Part shown: positions 1 through 9,301 of the stretch, one piece after another
Layout: every line of letters starts with the position of its first letter
How positions within the stretch are numbered: the first letter of the stretch is position 1
NCBI GenBank assembly: GCA_016794585.1
Contig: JAEUJM010000026.1
Span: 1,444 to 65,443 of the forward strand
Length of the DNA stretch: 64,000 nucleotides
Direction of reading: 5' to 3'
Source of the DNA: Acidimicrobiales bacterium
GTDB lineage: Bacteria; Actinomycetota; Acidimicrobiia; Acidimicrobiales; DATDAH01
Notes under the pieces: model-generated
Told to the model about the DNA's origin: nothing
What the model saw: the letters and a program-made list of their open reading frames with translations, nothing else
The model's database searches: none
Position numbers and translations under genes: made by a program

Positions 1-917
1 AGAACGTCGAGGACCCGGTCATCTGGCGCTCGAACGGCACGCCCACCTTCCTCATCGCCAACGCGGTGGACGACGTCGACCTCGACATCACCCACGTCAT
101 CCGCGGCGAGGACCTGCTCTCCTCCACACCGAAGGTCATCCACCTGCGCATGGCCCTCGGCACCAGCGTGCTGCCGGTCTACGCCCACCTGCCCCTGCTG
201 GTGAACGCGCAGCGCCAGAAGCTCTCGAAGCGCCGCGACGACGTCGCCCTGTGGGACTACCGGGACAAGGGCTACCTGCCCGAGGCCATGGCCAACTACC
301 TCGCCCTGCTCGGGTGGGGACCGCCCGACGGCGTCGAGGTGCGGCCCATGGCCGAGATCATCGAGCGCTTCCGCCTCGAGGACATCACCAAGTCGGCGGC
401 GTTCTTCGACCTCAAGAAGCTCGACCACGTCAACGGCGAGTGGATGCGCGGACTCGCCGTCGACGACTTCGTCGAGCGCTGCGGGCCGGTGCTCGCCGAG
501 GGTCCCTGGCCGGCCGACGCCTTCGACGCATCCGAGTTCGCGGCCATCGCCCCACTCGTGCAGGAGCGCGTCACCACCCTCGCCGACGTGCCCGGTTACG
601 TCGACTGGCTGTTCCTCCCCGAGGCGCCCATCGACGAGGCCTCGTGGGAGAAGGCCATGGTCAAGGGGCCCGAGGCCGTCGGCATGCTCGACGACGCCAT
701 CGCCGCCTTCGCCGAGGCGGAGTGGACGGCCGAGGCGCTGCACGCCTGCCTGCTCGCCCTGGGCGAGGCCCGCGGCCTCAAGCTGGGCAAGGCGCAGGCG
801 CCGGTCCGAGTGGCCGTCACGGGCCGGACGGTGGGCCCGCCCCTGTTCGAGTCGTTGGAGCTGCTCGGCCGTGAGCGCACCCTCGAACGCTTGCGGGCGG
901 CTCGCAGCCGCCTGTGA
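1..917 (+). CDS. gltX: glutamate--tRNA ligase, C-terminal part (5' end outside window)
   Basis: Frame is open from the window edge (codons phased from nt 3). Class-I aaRS/GluRS core 'THVIRGEDLLSSTPK' is present. tRNA-Gln and tRNA-Glu lie downstream. Confidence 0.9.
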   Translation, partial: NVEDPVIWRSNGTPTFLIANAVDDVDLDITHVIRGEDLLSSTPKVIHLRMALGTSVLPVYAHLPLLVNAQRQKLSKRRDDVALWDYRDKGYLPEAMANYLALLGWGPPDGVEVRPMAEIIERFRLEDITKSAAFFDLKKLDHVNGEWMRGLAVDDFVERCGPVLAEGPWPADAFDASEFAAIAPLVQERVTTLADVPGYVDWLFLPEAPIDEASWEKAMVKGPEAVGMLDDAIAAFAEAEWTAEALHACLLALGEARGLKLGKAQAPVRVAVTGRTVGPPLFESLELLGRERTLERLRAARSRL

Positions 918-1588
918 GCCGCCGGTCGCACCGCTCGCCCCGCTGGCTGCGGGTGACCGTGCGGGTGGCGCTGGCCGCCGTGGCACTGGTCGGGCTCTAC
1001 CTGGCGGTCACCTTCGTCCAGGTCTGGTGGACCGCCCGCCAGGACGATGCCGCCGACGCGCAGGCCATCGTGGTGCTCGGGGCGGCGCAGTACGACGGCA
1101 CCCCCTCGCCGGTGTTCGAGGCCCGGCTGGACCACGCCCTCGAGCTCTACGAGCAGGGCCTCGCCCCCACCATCGTGGTGACGGGCGGCAACCAGCCCGG
1201 CGACCGCTTCACCGAGGCGGCCGCCGGCGCCAACTACCTCCTGGCCAACGGCGTGCCCGAGGAGGACATCCGGCGTGAGGTGGATGCCCACAACTCGTGG
1301 GAGTCGCTCGCCGCCGTGGCCCGCATCCTCGACGACGAGGGCGTGGAGGAGGTCATCCTCGTCTCCGACCCGTACCACTCGTACCGGGTGGGACAGATCG
1401 CCCGCGACCTCGGCATGACCCCCCACCTGTCGCCCACCCGCAGCAGCCCCGCCAGCGCCTTCAGCGAGTTCCGCTCGATGGTCCGCGAGACCCTCGCCGT
1501 GTCCGTCGGCCGTTTCGTCGGCTACCGCCGCCTGGTCCGCATCGACGACCAGGTCGGCCGCATCCGCGAAGGCGTCGGCCAGAACTGA
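914..1588 (+). CDS. DUF218 (YdcF/SanA/ElyC-like) protein with N-terminal membrane anchor
   Basis: GTG start overlaps the gltX stop (GTGA). One hydrophobic N-terminal helix, then 'IVVLGAAQYDG...IVVTGG...ILVSDPYH', typical of DUF218. Confidence 0.7.
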   Translation: MSRRSHRSPRWLRVTVRVALAAVALVGLYLAVTFVQVWWTARQDDAADAQAIVVLGAAQYDGTPSPVFEARLDHALELYEQGLAPTIVVTGGNQPGDRFTEAAAGANYLLANGVPEEDIRREVDAHNSWESLAAVARILDDEGVEEVILVSDPYHSYRVGQIARDLGMTPHLSPTRSSPASAFSEFRSMVRETLAVSVGRFVGYRRLVRIDDQVGRIREGVGQN

Positions 1589-1613
1589 CCCGCCGCCGAC
1601 CCGCCCAACCCAA

Positions 1614-1658
1614 GGTGGAGGCGACAGCATCCGGAATCCGGACGCTGTCGCCTCCACC
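1614..1658. repeat. 45-bp palindromic element, copy A (15-bp stem, loop ATCCGGAATCCGGAC)
   Basis: GGTGGAGGCGACAGC-atccggaatccggac-GCTGTCGCCTCCACC, 26 nt after the DUF218 stop. Near-identical copy at 2710..2754. Confidence 0.85.
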
Positions 1659-1735
1659 TCTGGTCAGACCCGCCCGTCGAACGTAGGGTCACATCGACTT
1701 CCCCCTGACAACGGCAACAGTCCCTGGGGGAATCC

Positions 1736-2701
1736 ATGTCGACGCTCGTCGATCAGGCCATCGAGGCCATTGCCAGCCGCCAGTGCGGCACCTTCACCCG
1801 CGCCGACGCCCTGGGCGTCGGCGGCACCAACTCCCTCGTGCACCGGCGGCTTCGCAGCGGTCGCTGGATCCACCTGGCACCGGGCGTCTACGGGCTCCCC
1901 GGAGTGGCACCCTCGTTCCAGCAGCGCCTGTGGGTCGCCGTGCACGCCGGGGGAGAGGATGCGGCGGTGTCCCATGAGTCCGCGGCGTCGGCTCGGTGGC
2001 TGACCACCTCCCTGCCCGATGACATCGAGGTGACGGTGCCTCACGGCCGCCACCCGGTGATCCCTGGAGTCGTCGTGCACCAGACCCGGGTCCTCGCCCC
2101 TGTTGATGTGGGTCGGGTGAAGGGCCTCCCGGTCACCACGGTGCCGCGCACCCTGGTGGACCTCGCTCCTCGGTTCGGGACGAAGCGCCTCGGACTCCTG
2201 CTCGATGAGGCGCTGAACGAGAAGAAGGCCACGATGGCCGACGTCCACCAGACGTTCGCGCGGCTGGCGGTCCCGGGTCGTCGCGGCATGCTGAGGCTCG
2301 CCTCCGTGCTGGACGCACGCGGCCCCGGGTACGTGCCGCCGGCGAGTGAGCTCGAGCGGGGGCTGTTCGAGGTCATCGAGCGGGCCGGCATCCCGGCACC
2401 GATCCGCCAGATGGAGCACCCCGGTCGGGCGGTGACCCGTGGGTGCGTCGACGCCGGATGGCGGCCGCCCCGTCTGATCATCGAGGCGGACGGCCGGCGC
2501 TGGCATACGAGGATCCAGGACCTGGCGAGGGACCACTGGCGGGATGCCGAGGCGCTTCGGGTCGGCTATGACACGCTCCGCCTGCTCTGGGAGAACATCA
2601 TGGGCGATCCCGAGGGGACGGCCTGTCTCGCCCGTGAGGTCTACGACCTGCGGTGCGAGCTCATGGCCGATGCTGCGCGAGGTCGGCTGGCGCGCAGCTA
2701 A
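1736..2701 (+). CDS. DUF559 (Vsr-like endonuclease fold) protein with AbiEi-like N-terminal wHTH
   Basis: N-terminus 'GTFTRADALGVG...RRLRSGRWIHLAPGVYGLPG' is AbiEi_4-like. C-terminus 'LIIEADGRRWHT...RDAEALRVGYDTLRLLWENI' is DUF559-like. Confidence 0.65.
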   Translation: MSTLVDQAIEAIASRQCGTFTRADALGVGGTNSLVHRRLRSGRWIHLAPGVYGLPGVAPSFQQRLWVAVHAGGEDAAVSHESAASARWLTTSLPDDIEVTVPHGRHPVIPGVVVHQTRVLAPVDVGRVKGLPVTTVPRTLVDLAPRFGTKRLGLLLDEALNEKKATMADVHQTFARLAVPGRRGMLRLASVLDARGPGYVPPASELERGLFEVIERAGIPAPIRQMEHPGRAVTRGCVDAGWRPPRLIIEADGRRWHTRIQDLARDHWRDAEALRVGYDTLRLLWENIMGDPEGTACLAREVYDLRCELMADAARGRLARS

Positions 2702-2709
2702 CGACACGA

Positions 2710-2754
2710 GGTGGAGGCGAGGGCTTCCGGAATCCGGACGCGCTCGCCTCCACC
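2710..2754. repeat. 45-bp palindromic element, copy B
   Basis: GGTGGAGGCGAGGGC-ttccggaatccggac-GCGCTCGCCTCCACC, 9 nt after the DUF559 stop. Same loop core as copy A; one stem pair covaries (C-G in A, G-C in B). Confidence 0.85.
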
Positions 2755-2821
2755 TCGATCGGTGGCCACCCATCCGGTTTCGGAATCCTGGCGGAGAGCC
2801 GCTAACCTCGGTCTCTCCCGT

Positions 2822-2893
2822 TCGGGGGTGGTGTAATCGGTAACACAGCTGGTTCTGGTCCAGTCGTTGGGGGTTCGAGTCCTCCCCCCCGAG
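2822..2893 (+). tRNA. tRNA-Gln (anticodon CTG)
   Basis: Hand-folded cloverleaf. Acceptor TCGGGGG/CCCCCGA, D stem GTGT/ACAC, anticodon stem GCTGG/CCAGT, loop TTCTGGT, T arm GGGGG-TTCGAGT-CCTCC. No encoded CCA. Confidence 0.85.
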
Positions 2894-2918
2894 CTTTACA
2901 AGGGCGCAAGGCGCCCAG

Positions 2919-4109
2919 TCAGACGCCGATCGGGTCGAGTTCGATCCTCACGGCCGAGGCCATCCGCGCCGCGGTGCTGCGGGCCTCCTCGAGCGTGGTC
3001 GCGCCGGCGATGCACACCGCGAGGCGGCGATGGCCCTCGCAGACGGGCTTGCCGAACAGCCGGACCTGAGAACCAGCTTCGGCGAGCGCTTCCTCCAGCC
3101 CCTCGAAACGGGGGACGCCGGTGCCGTCGCCGAGCAATGGCACGGACGCCGCCGGTTGGATGAGAGCGACCGGAGGCACGGGGAGACCGAGGATTGCCCG
3201 AGCGTGGAGCGCGAACTCGCTCATGTTCTGGCTGCCGAGGGTCACGAGGCCCGTGTCGTGCGGCCGAGGGCTCACCTCGCTGAAGATCACCTCGTCGCCC
3301 CGGACGAAGAGCTCGACCCCGAAGATGCCCCAGCCGCCCAGCCCGCCGACGACGGTCTTGGCCGCTTCCTGCGCCGACGCCCACGCCGCGTCGGACATCG
3401 CCGCCGGCTGCCACGACTCGCGGTAGTCGCCGTCGATCTGGCGGTGGCCCACCGGTGGGCAGCACTGGATGCCGTTCGCCGCCGACACGGTGAGCACGGT
3501 GATCTCGTAGTCGAAGTCGACGAAGCCTTCGACGATGCAGCGGCCTCCACCCGCTCGGCCGCCTTCTTGCGCGTTGGTCCACGCGCCGGCGATGTCGTCG
3601 TCGGATCGCAGGGTGCTCTGCCCGTGACCGCTGGACGAGACCACGGGCTTGATCACCGCAGGGAGACCGACCTCGGCCAAGGCGGCGCGAAGCTCGTCCT
3701 CGGTGTCGACGAACCGGTACGGCGACGTGGGCAGGCCGAGCTCCTCTGCGGCGAATCGGCGGATGCCCTCGCGGTTCATCGTGAGGTTCGCGGCGCGCGC
3801 GGTGGGTATGACGCGCTGCCCCTCGGCCTCGAGCTCCAGGAGCGTTGCGGTGGCGATGGCCTCGATCTCGGGGACGACGAGGTCGGGCCGCTCGAGCTCG
3901 ATCACCCGGCGCAGCTCGGCCCCGTCGAGCATCGAGAACACGTGGCTGCGGTGGGCGACCTGCATCGCGGGCGCGTCGGCGTAGCGGTCGCAGGCGATGA
4001 CCTCGCAACCAAGTCGCTGGAGCTCGATCACGACCTCCTTGCCGAGCTCGCCCGAGCCCAGCATGAGGACGCGCGTCGCGGAGGAGGAGAGTGGTGTGCC
4101 GATGCCCAT
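2919..4109 (-). CDS. purT: phosphoribosylglycinamide formyltransferase 2 (formate-dependent GAR transformylase)
   Basis: Colinear with the PurT N-terminus '[41 protein letters not shown]'. Start taken at the internal ATG (MGIGTPL), not the longest ORF. Confidence 0.9.
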   Translation of the reverse strand: MGIGTPLSSSATRVLMLGSGELGKEVVIELQRLGCEVIACDRYADAPAMQVAHRSHVFSMLDGAELRRVIELERPDLVVPEIEAIATATLLELEAEGQRVIPTARAANLTMNREGIRRFAAEELGLPTSPYRFVDTEDELRAALAEVGLPAVIKPVVSSSGHGQSTLRSDDDIAGAWTNAQEGGRAGGGRCIVEGFVDFDYEITVLTVSAANGIQCCPPVGHRQIDGDYRESWQPAAMSDAAWASAQEAAKTVVGGLGGWGIFGVELFVRGDEVIFSEVSPRPHDTGLVTLGSQNMSEFALHARAILGLPVPPVALIQPAASVPLLGDGTGVPRFEGLEEALAEAGSQVRLFGKPVCEGHRRLAVCIAGATTLEEARSTAARMASAVRIELDPIGV

Positions 4110-4266
4110 GGTGAAGTCGTAGCGGAGTCTGGAGGCGATCTCCACTCGGTCGATCGGCGGACGTGTTCGTCCGGTCCACGAGGGGTACTGATTCGCACGG
4201 CAGGGGTGCGAATCGGTAGCTTCTGGCTAGGATCTCGGGTCCTCGCCCGAGCCCTGCAACAGCTCT

Positions 4267-4339
4267 GGCCCCATCGTCTAGAGGCCTAGGACACCACCCT
4301 CTCAAGGTGGCGACACGGGTTCGAATCCCGTTGGGGCTG
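4267..4339 (+). tRNA. tRNA-Glu (anticodon CTC)
   Basis: Hand-folded. Acceptor GGCCCCA/TGGGGCT, D stem GTCT/GGAC, anticodon stem CCACC/GGTGG, loop CTCTCAA, T arm ACGGG-TTCGAAT-CCCGT. Confidence 0.85.
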
Positions 4340-4346
4340 CAAAGGA

Positions 4347-4375
4347 AACTGACCTGCGGATACCGCAGGTCAGTT
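4347..4375 (+). terminator. 13-bp stem hairpin after tRNA-Glu
   Basis: AACTGACCTGCGG-ata-CCGCAGGTCAGTT. No U-tract. Confidence 0.5.
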
Positions 4376-4383
4376 CCGCGTCT

Positions 4384-4463
4384 GGGGGAGCCGTCGCCTG
4401 GCGGCGCCGGGGACACCACGCCTGTCTGATGGTGGCGACACGGGTTCGAATCCCGTTGGGCTG
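4384..4463 (+). pseudogene. decayed tRNA-Glu copy (intact 3' half, degenerate 5' half)
   Basis: 4431..4468 matches the 3' half of tRNA-Glu (4306..4345) except for two 1-nt deletions. The 5' part keeps only GGACACCAC and fragments. The acceptor stem cannot pair and the anticodon loop would be 11 nt. Confidence 0.6.
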
Positions 4464-4468
4464 CAAGG

Positions 4469-4496
4469 CAAGAACCCTGCTTCGGCAGGGTTCTTG
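4469..4496 (+). terminator. 12-bp stem hairpin after the tRNA-Glu relic
   Basis: CAAGAACCCTGC-ttcg-GCAGGGTTCTTG. Same position as hairpin 4347..4375 but an unrelated sequence. Confidence 0.5.
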
Positions 4497-4548
4497 TCGC
4501 GTCGGGGGGTGCCGTCGCCTGGCGGCTGCGTGGGACACTGGGGCGGCC

Positions 4549-6153
4549 ATGAGCGATCGAGCGACGCCCGCAGACGCCGAGGACGGCATGCCGGAGGGCA
4601 GTCGCCGCCTTCAGGTCCTGCTGGCCATGGCCATGTTCGTCCTGGTGGTGGACACGTCGCTGATGAACGTGTCCATCTCGGCGGTGATCGACGACCTCGA
4701 CACCACCGCCAGCGGGGTCCAGTCGGCCATCGCTCTCGAGGCCCTCGTGTCCGCCGCCTTCATCCTCATCAACTCGAAGATGGGCGACCTCATCGGCCGC
4801 AAGCGGGCCTACACCCTCGGCCTGATCGCCTACGCCCTCGGGGCGCTGGCCATGACGCTGGCGCAGAGCCTCACCGCCATCGTCATCTTCTGGGCGATCA
4901 TCGGTGGCCTCGGCGCCTCGCTCCTGCTCCCGGCCATGCAGTCGCTCATCCACGGCAACTTCACCGGCCGGGCCCAGAAGCAGGCCTACGCACTGGTGGG
5001 CGCCGCCGCCGCGATCGCCGCGGCGGTCGGGCCGCTCCTGGGCGGCTTCGTCACGACCTACCTCTCGTGGCGGGTCGGCTTCGCCCTCGAGGTCGTCATC
5101 ATCGGTGTGGTCCTCTCGCAGATCGGCCTGATCAGGGACGTGCCTTACACGGGGTCACGCAAGGTCGACGTCGTTGGCGCGGCGCTGTCGGTGGTCGGCA
5201 TGGGCGGCGTCGTGTTGGGCATCCTCGTCTGGCAGGAGGGTGGCGAGTTCGTCGTGCTGCTGGTCGCCGCGGGCGCCGTCGCCCTCGGATCGCTCGCCAG
5301 GTGGCTCGTGCGCCGCAAGCGACAGGGATCGGTGACACTGCTGGACCCGGACCTGTTCCACCATCCCAACTTCACCGCGGGTGTCTCGGCCCAGATGATG
5401 CAGCAGATCGCGCTGGGCGGCGTGATGATCGCGCTGCCGCTGTTCCTCCAGATGACGCTCGAGTACAACGCCATGAAGGCGGGCCTCTCGATGGCCCCGC
5501 TCTCACTGACGATGTTCGCCACCGCGGTCGTGGCCGGGAAACGGGCCGGCCGGCATCGCCCGGCGGTCATCGTGCGTGCCGGGTTCCTCCTGGCCTCGAT
5601 CGGGCTGGCCGCGATGATCCCGCTCGTGCCGAGGGTCGACAGCGGCTGGTACCTCGTGCTCCCGCTCGTGGCCGTCGGCTGCGGGTTCGGTCTGCTCGTC
5701 TCCCAACTCAACAACTACACGCTCGCCCCGATCGAGGACGATCGCATCAGCGAGGCCGCTGGCGTGAACTCGGCCTCCGGCAACTTCGGGCTCTCGTTCG
5801 GCCTGGCGGTGGCCGGTGGCGTCCTGCTGGCGGCACTCTCGTTCCGCTTCACCAATCAGGTGCAGGACAGCACCGTGATCCCGCCCGACCAGCAGGCACA
5901 GATCACTGCCGTCCTCGAGGACGATGCCGAGGTCATGAGCAACACCCAGCTCGACGCGCTGATCACCGAGGAGACACCGGAGGTCGAGGCCGCGGTGCTC
6001 GCCATCAACGACGACGCCCGAAACCTCTCGTTGCAGGTGGCGCTGCTCGTCCCCGTCCTCGCCGGCCTCCTCGGCCTGGCGAACTCGTTGCGCATGGTCA
6101 GGCTCCCCGACATCGTTCCGGCGGGCGACCTCGACGGCATGGACTTCGGCTGA
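4549..6153 (+). CDS. MFS transporter, DHA2 (EmrB/QacA-like, 14-TMS) type
   Basis: Start at ATG 4549 (MSDRATP). 'VLLAMAMFVLVVDTSLMNVSISAV' and 'GDLIGRKRAY' motif A are present. About 14 hydrophobic segments. Confidence 0.8.
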   Translation: MSDRATPADAEDGMPEGSRRLQVLLAMAMFVLVVDTSLMNVSISAVIDDLDTTASGVQSAIALEALVSAAFILINSKMGDLIGRKRAYTLGLIAYALGALAMTLAQSLTAIVIFWAIIGGLGASLLLPAMQSLIHGNFTGRAQKQAYALVGAAAAIAAAVGPLLGGFVTTYLSWRVGFALEVVIIGVVLSQIGLIRDVPYTGSRKVDVVGAALSVVGMGGVVLGILVWQEGGEFVVLLVAAGAVALGSLARWLVRRKRQGSVTLLDPDLFHHPNFTAGVSAQMMQQIALGGVMIALPLFLQMTLEYNAMKAGLSMAPLSLTMFATAVVAGKRAGRHRPAVIVRAGFLLASIGLAAMIPLVPRVDSGWYLVLPLVAVGCGFGLLVSQLNNYTLAPIEDDRISEAAGVNSASGNFGLSFGLAVAGGVLLAALSFRFTNQVQDSTVIPPDQQAQITAVLEDDAEVMSNTQLDALITEETPEVEAAVLAINDDARNLSLQVALLVPVLAGLLGLANSLRMVRLPDIVPAGDLDGMDFG

Positions 6154-6229
6154 GGTCGGCGGTCTCGCCACGCCGCCGGGAACGTCACACCCGCGTGACG
6201 GAAACGACGTTCTCCACTAGCGTGGCGGC

Positions 6230-6676
6230 GTGCCGAGCGTTCCCTTCGCCGACGACGTGTTCACCTGGCCGGCCGACGAGCCGCAGCTGATCGGTGGACG
6301 GTGCGCCGGCTGCGGGTCGGTGGCGTTCCCGCAACCGCCGTCGTGCGCCCGGTGCGGGTCGGTCGAGGTCGAGCGCCACCTGCTACCCCGGCAGGGGACG
6401 CTGTGGACGTTCACCACCCAGGGGTTCCTGCCCAAGGAGCCGTACGCGAGTGGCGAGACGATGGAGACCTTCCGGCCCTTCGGGGTCGGCATCGTCCAGT
6501 TGGGCGACGAGGTGCGGGTGGAGAGCCGGCTCACGGTGGCCGACCCGGAGGCGCTCGATTTCGGGATGGCCATGGAGCTGGTGGTGGTGCCGTTCCGCAC
6601 CGACGACGACGGCACCGAGGTCGTGACCTACGCGTTCGCCCCCGTCGAGTCCGCGAATGGAGAGGGGCAGTCGTGA
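6230..6676 (+). CDS. DUF35 protein (rubredoxin-like Zn ribbon + OB fold)
   Basis: 'CAGCGSVAFPQPPSCARCGS' CxxC...CxxC ribbon followed by an OB-fold-like region. Sits immediately upstream of a thiolase-like gene. Confidence 0.8.
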   Translation: MPSVPFADDVFTWPADEPQLIGGRCAGCGSVAFPQPPSCARCGSVEVERHLLPRQGTLWTFTTQGFLPKEPYASGETMETFRPFGVGIVQLGDEVRVESRLTVADPEALDFGMAMELVVVPFRTDDDGTEVVTYAFAPVESANGEGQS

Positions 6677-6764
6677 ACCGGCTCGTGAGGCTGCGGAGCG
6701 GAGCGGAGCAGCGGGTGGACCGAACCGGATCCCGAAGGGGGCCCGACGAAGGAGGGCCAAAGCG

Positions 6765-7913
6765 ATGAGCAACGACGTCGCCATCATCGGGGTGGGCCTT
6801 CACCCGTTCGGCCGCTTCGGCCCGAAGACCGCCATCGACATGGGCGCGGAGGCCATCCGAAACGCGCTGGCCGACGCCGGCGCCCAGTGGTCCGACGTGC
6901 AGTTCGCCTTCGGCGGCAGCTTCGAGGTGGACAACCCCGACGCGGTCACCAGCCGCCTCGGCCTCACCGGCATCCCCTTCATGGACGTCTACAACGGCTG
7001 CGCCACCGCGGCGACGGCGCTGCAGCTCACCGCCGATGGGATCCGCTCGGGCCAGTACGACCTGGGCGTCGCGGTCGGGATGGACAAGCACGACTCGGGG
7101 GCGTTCACGTCGGACCCGACCGACTACGCGGCGCCGCCCTGGTACGGCGAGATGGGGTACTTCCTCACCACCAAGTTCTTCGCCATGAAGATCAATCGCT
7201 ACATGCACGACCACGGCATCTCGCACGAGACCCTGGCCAGGGTGGCGGCCAAGAACTACCGCAACGGCGCGCTGAACCCGAACGCCTTCCGCCGCAAGCC
7301 CGTGTCCGAGGAGGACATCCTCGCCTCCCGGATGTTGAACTACCCGTTGACGCACTACATGTTCTGCGCGCCCGACGAGGGCGCCGCCGCGGTGGTGCTG
7401 TGCCGGGCCGACCAGGCCCACAGGTACACATCGACGCCGATCTACCTGCGGGCCACCGCCCTGCGCACCCGTCGCTACGGGGCGTTCGAGGTGCACGCCT
7501 CGTGGGCCGCGGTCGACCAGGAGCCGGCGCCGACGGTGTTCGCCTCGAAGGCGGCGTACGAGCAGGCGGGCATCGGGCCCGAGGACGTCGACGTGATCCA
7601 GCTCCAGGACACCGACGCCGGCGCCGAGGTGATCCACCTCGCCGAGAACGGCTTCTGCGCCGACGGCGACCAGGAGCGGCTGATCGCCGACGGGGCCACC
7701 GAGATCGCCGGCCCGCTGCCGACCAACACCGACGGCGGCCTCATCGCCAACGGCGAGCCCATCGGCGCCTCGGGCCTGCGCCAGGTCCACGAGCTCGTCC
7801 TGCAGCTCCGCGGCCAGGCCGGCGAGCGTCAGGTCGCGGGCGACCCCAAGGTCGGGTACGCCCAGCTCTACGGCGCCCCCGGCACCGCCGGCGTCTCCAT
7901 CCTCACGACGTGA
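6765..7913 (+). CDS. thiolase-like protein (SCP-x / lipid-transfer-protein type)
   Basis: Start at ATG 6765 after GAAGGAGGG. 'VAIIGVG.HPFGR', 'VYNGCATAATAL' and 'NTDGGLIANGEPIGASGLRQ' are present. Confidence 0.8.
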   Translation: MSNDVAIIGVGLHPFGRFGPKTAIDMGAEAIRNALADAGAQWSDVQFAFGGSFEVDNPDAVTSRLGLTGIPFMDVYNGCATAATALQLTADGIRSGQYDLGVAVGMDKHDSGAFTSDPTDYAAPPWYGEMGYFLTTKFFAMKINRYMHDHGISHETLARVAAKNYRNGALNPNAFRRKPVSEEDILASRMLNYPLTHYMFCAPDEGAAAVVLCRADQAHRYTSTPIYLRATALRTRRYGAFEVHASWAAVDQEPAPTVFASKAAYEQAGIGPEDVDVIQLQDTDAGAEVIHLAENGFCADGDQERLIADGATEIAGPLPTNTDGGLIANGEPIGASGLRQVHELVLQLRGQAGERQVAGDPKVGYAQLYGAPGTAGVSILTT

Positions 7914-8028
7914 GCGGGGCGGGTGGCCGTCGCACGGCGCGAGGCGAGGCCCACGCGCTGGTGGAAGAGTTGCTGCGCCGCGTCGAACGACCGGCCGACC
8001 GCGATGACGATCGACGGGAGACCCACTG

Positions 8029-9273
8029 ATGTCCGACAGCACCGTGACCCTGCTCGTGCCCCGTGCGGTGGTCGACATCGAGCTGGGCGAGGTCCTCGAG
8101 GGGGCCTGCATCCGGGTCGAAGGCGATCGGATCGCCGAGATCGGCTCGGACCGAAGCATCGGGTCCGACGCCGACGAGGTGGTCGAGCTCCCCGAGCTGA
8201 CGCTCCTCCCGGGCCTCATGGACATGGAGGTCGACCTCGTGCTCGGCGGCCCGGGCGCCGGCCTCACCGACCCCGTCGTGACCGACCCGGTGAAGATGTC
8301 GCTGCGGGCGACCGTGAACGCCCGGCGCACCCTGCACGCCGGGTTCACGACCGTGCGCAACCTCGGCCTCTTCGTGAAGACGGGCGGCTACCTGCTCGAC
8401 GTCGCCCTCAGCGAGGCGGTCGAAGCGGGCTGGATCGAGGGCCCCCGGATCGTGCCCGCCGGCCACGCCATCTGCGCCACCGGCGGCCACCTCGACCCGA
8501 GCGCCCAGAGCGGCCTCGCGCCGCACATGATGCCGCTGTCGGTCGAGGAGGGGATCGCCGACGGCGTCGACCAGGTGCGCAAAGCGGTGCGCTACCAGGT
8601 CAAGCACGGGGCGAAGCTGATCAAGTGCTGCGCCTCGGGAGGCGTCATCGCCTCGATGGGCCCACCGGGAGCCCAGCAGCTCTCCGACGACGAGCTCGCG
8701 GCCATCGCCGACGAGGCCCACCGGCGGGGCCTGAGGGTGGCGGCCCACTGCCACGGCGACGACGCCGTCAACGCGTGCATCGACGCCGGGATCGACTGCA
8801 TCGAGCACGGCTTCATGATCACGGAGCCGACCATCGAGCGCATGGTGGCCACGGGCACCTTCCTCGTGTCGACCAACGCCCTGGCCGAGAACTGGGACGT
8901 CTCGCGCCACCCGCCGGCGATGCAGGCCAAGGCGGCGGAGGTGTTCCCCAAGGCGAGGGAGTCGCTGTCCAAGGCGATCGAGGCCGGCGTGAAGATCGCC
9001 AGTGGCAGCGACGCGCCCGCGATCTGGCACGGCCGCAACGCCGAGGAGCTCGTGGTCCTGGTGAAGCGGGGGATGACGCCACTGCAGGCCATCCGGGCCG
9101 CCACGATGGTGAGCGCCGAGCTCATCGAGGCGCCCGACCTCGGCCGCCTCGCCCCGACGATGCTCGCCGACATCGTGGGCGTGCCGGGCGACCCCCTCGA
9201 CGACATCAGCGTGTGCCGCGACGTGGCCTTCGTCATGCAGGGCGGCCGGATCGCCAAGCGCCCCGTGGCGTAG
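8029..9273 (+). CDS. metal-dependent amidohydrolase family protein
   Basis: 'LLPGLMDMEVDL', 'KCCASGGV', 'AAHCHGDDAV...IEHG' and 'SGSDAP' are typical amidohydrolase_1 metal ligand stretches. Confidence 0.8.
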   Translation: MSDSTVTLLVPRAVVDIELGEVLEGACIRVEGDRIAEIGSDRSIGSDADEVVELPELTLLPGLMDMEVDLVLGGPGAGLTDPVVTDPVKMSLRATVNARRTLHAGFTTVRNLGLFVKTGGYLLDVALSEAVEAGWIEGPRIVPAGHAICATGGHLDPSAQSGLAPHMMPLSVEEGIADGVDQVRKAVRYQVKHGAKLIKCCASGGVIASMGPPGAQQLSDDELAAIADEAHRRGLRVAAHCHGDDAVNACIDAGIDCIEHGFMITEPTIERMVATGTFLVSTNALAENWDVSRHPPAMQAKAAEVFPKARESLSKAIEAGVKIASGSDAPAIWHGRNAEELVVLVKRGMTPLQAIRAATMVSAELIEAPDLGRLAPTMLADIVGVPGDPLDDISVCRDVAFVMQGGRIAKRPVA

Positions 9274-9301
9274 CGGTCCTAAGCGTGGCCCGGGCGAGTA
9301 T

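Noticed and set aside
4110-4266. Purine/ZTP-type riboswitch upstream of purT
   Set aside because: I read the reverse complement and found only two generic hairpins (GATTCGCAC...GTGCGAATC and CTCGGG...CCCGAG). I could not find the conserved ZTP (pfl) or purine-riboswitch core sequences. A covariance-model scan (Rfam) would be decisive.
4384-4463. Second functional tRNA-Glu gene
   Set aside because: The candidate 5' acceptor strand GGGGGAG (4384..4390) cannot pair with the 3' acceptor strand TGGGCTG. The anticodon-arm equivalent would have an 11-nt loop. It is therefore called a relic.
1-6200. Genomic island or prophage next to the tRNA genes
   Set aside because: No integrase, recombinase, transposase or phage-like ORF occurs here or anywhere else in the window. 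Only the small repeat scars are reported.
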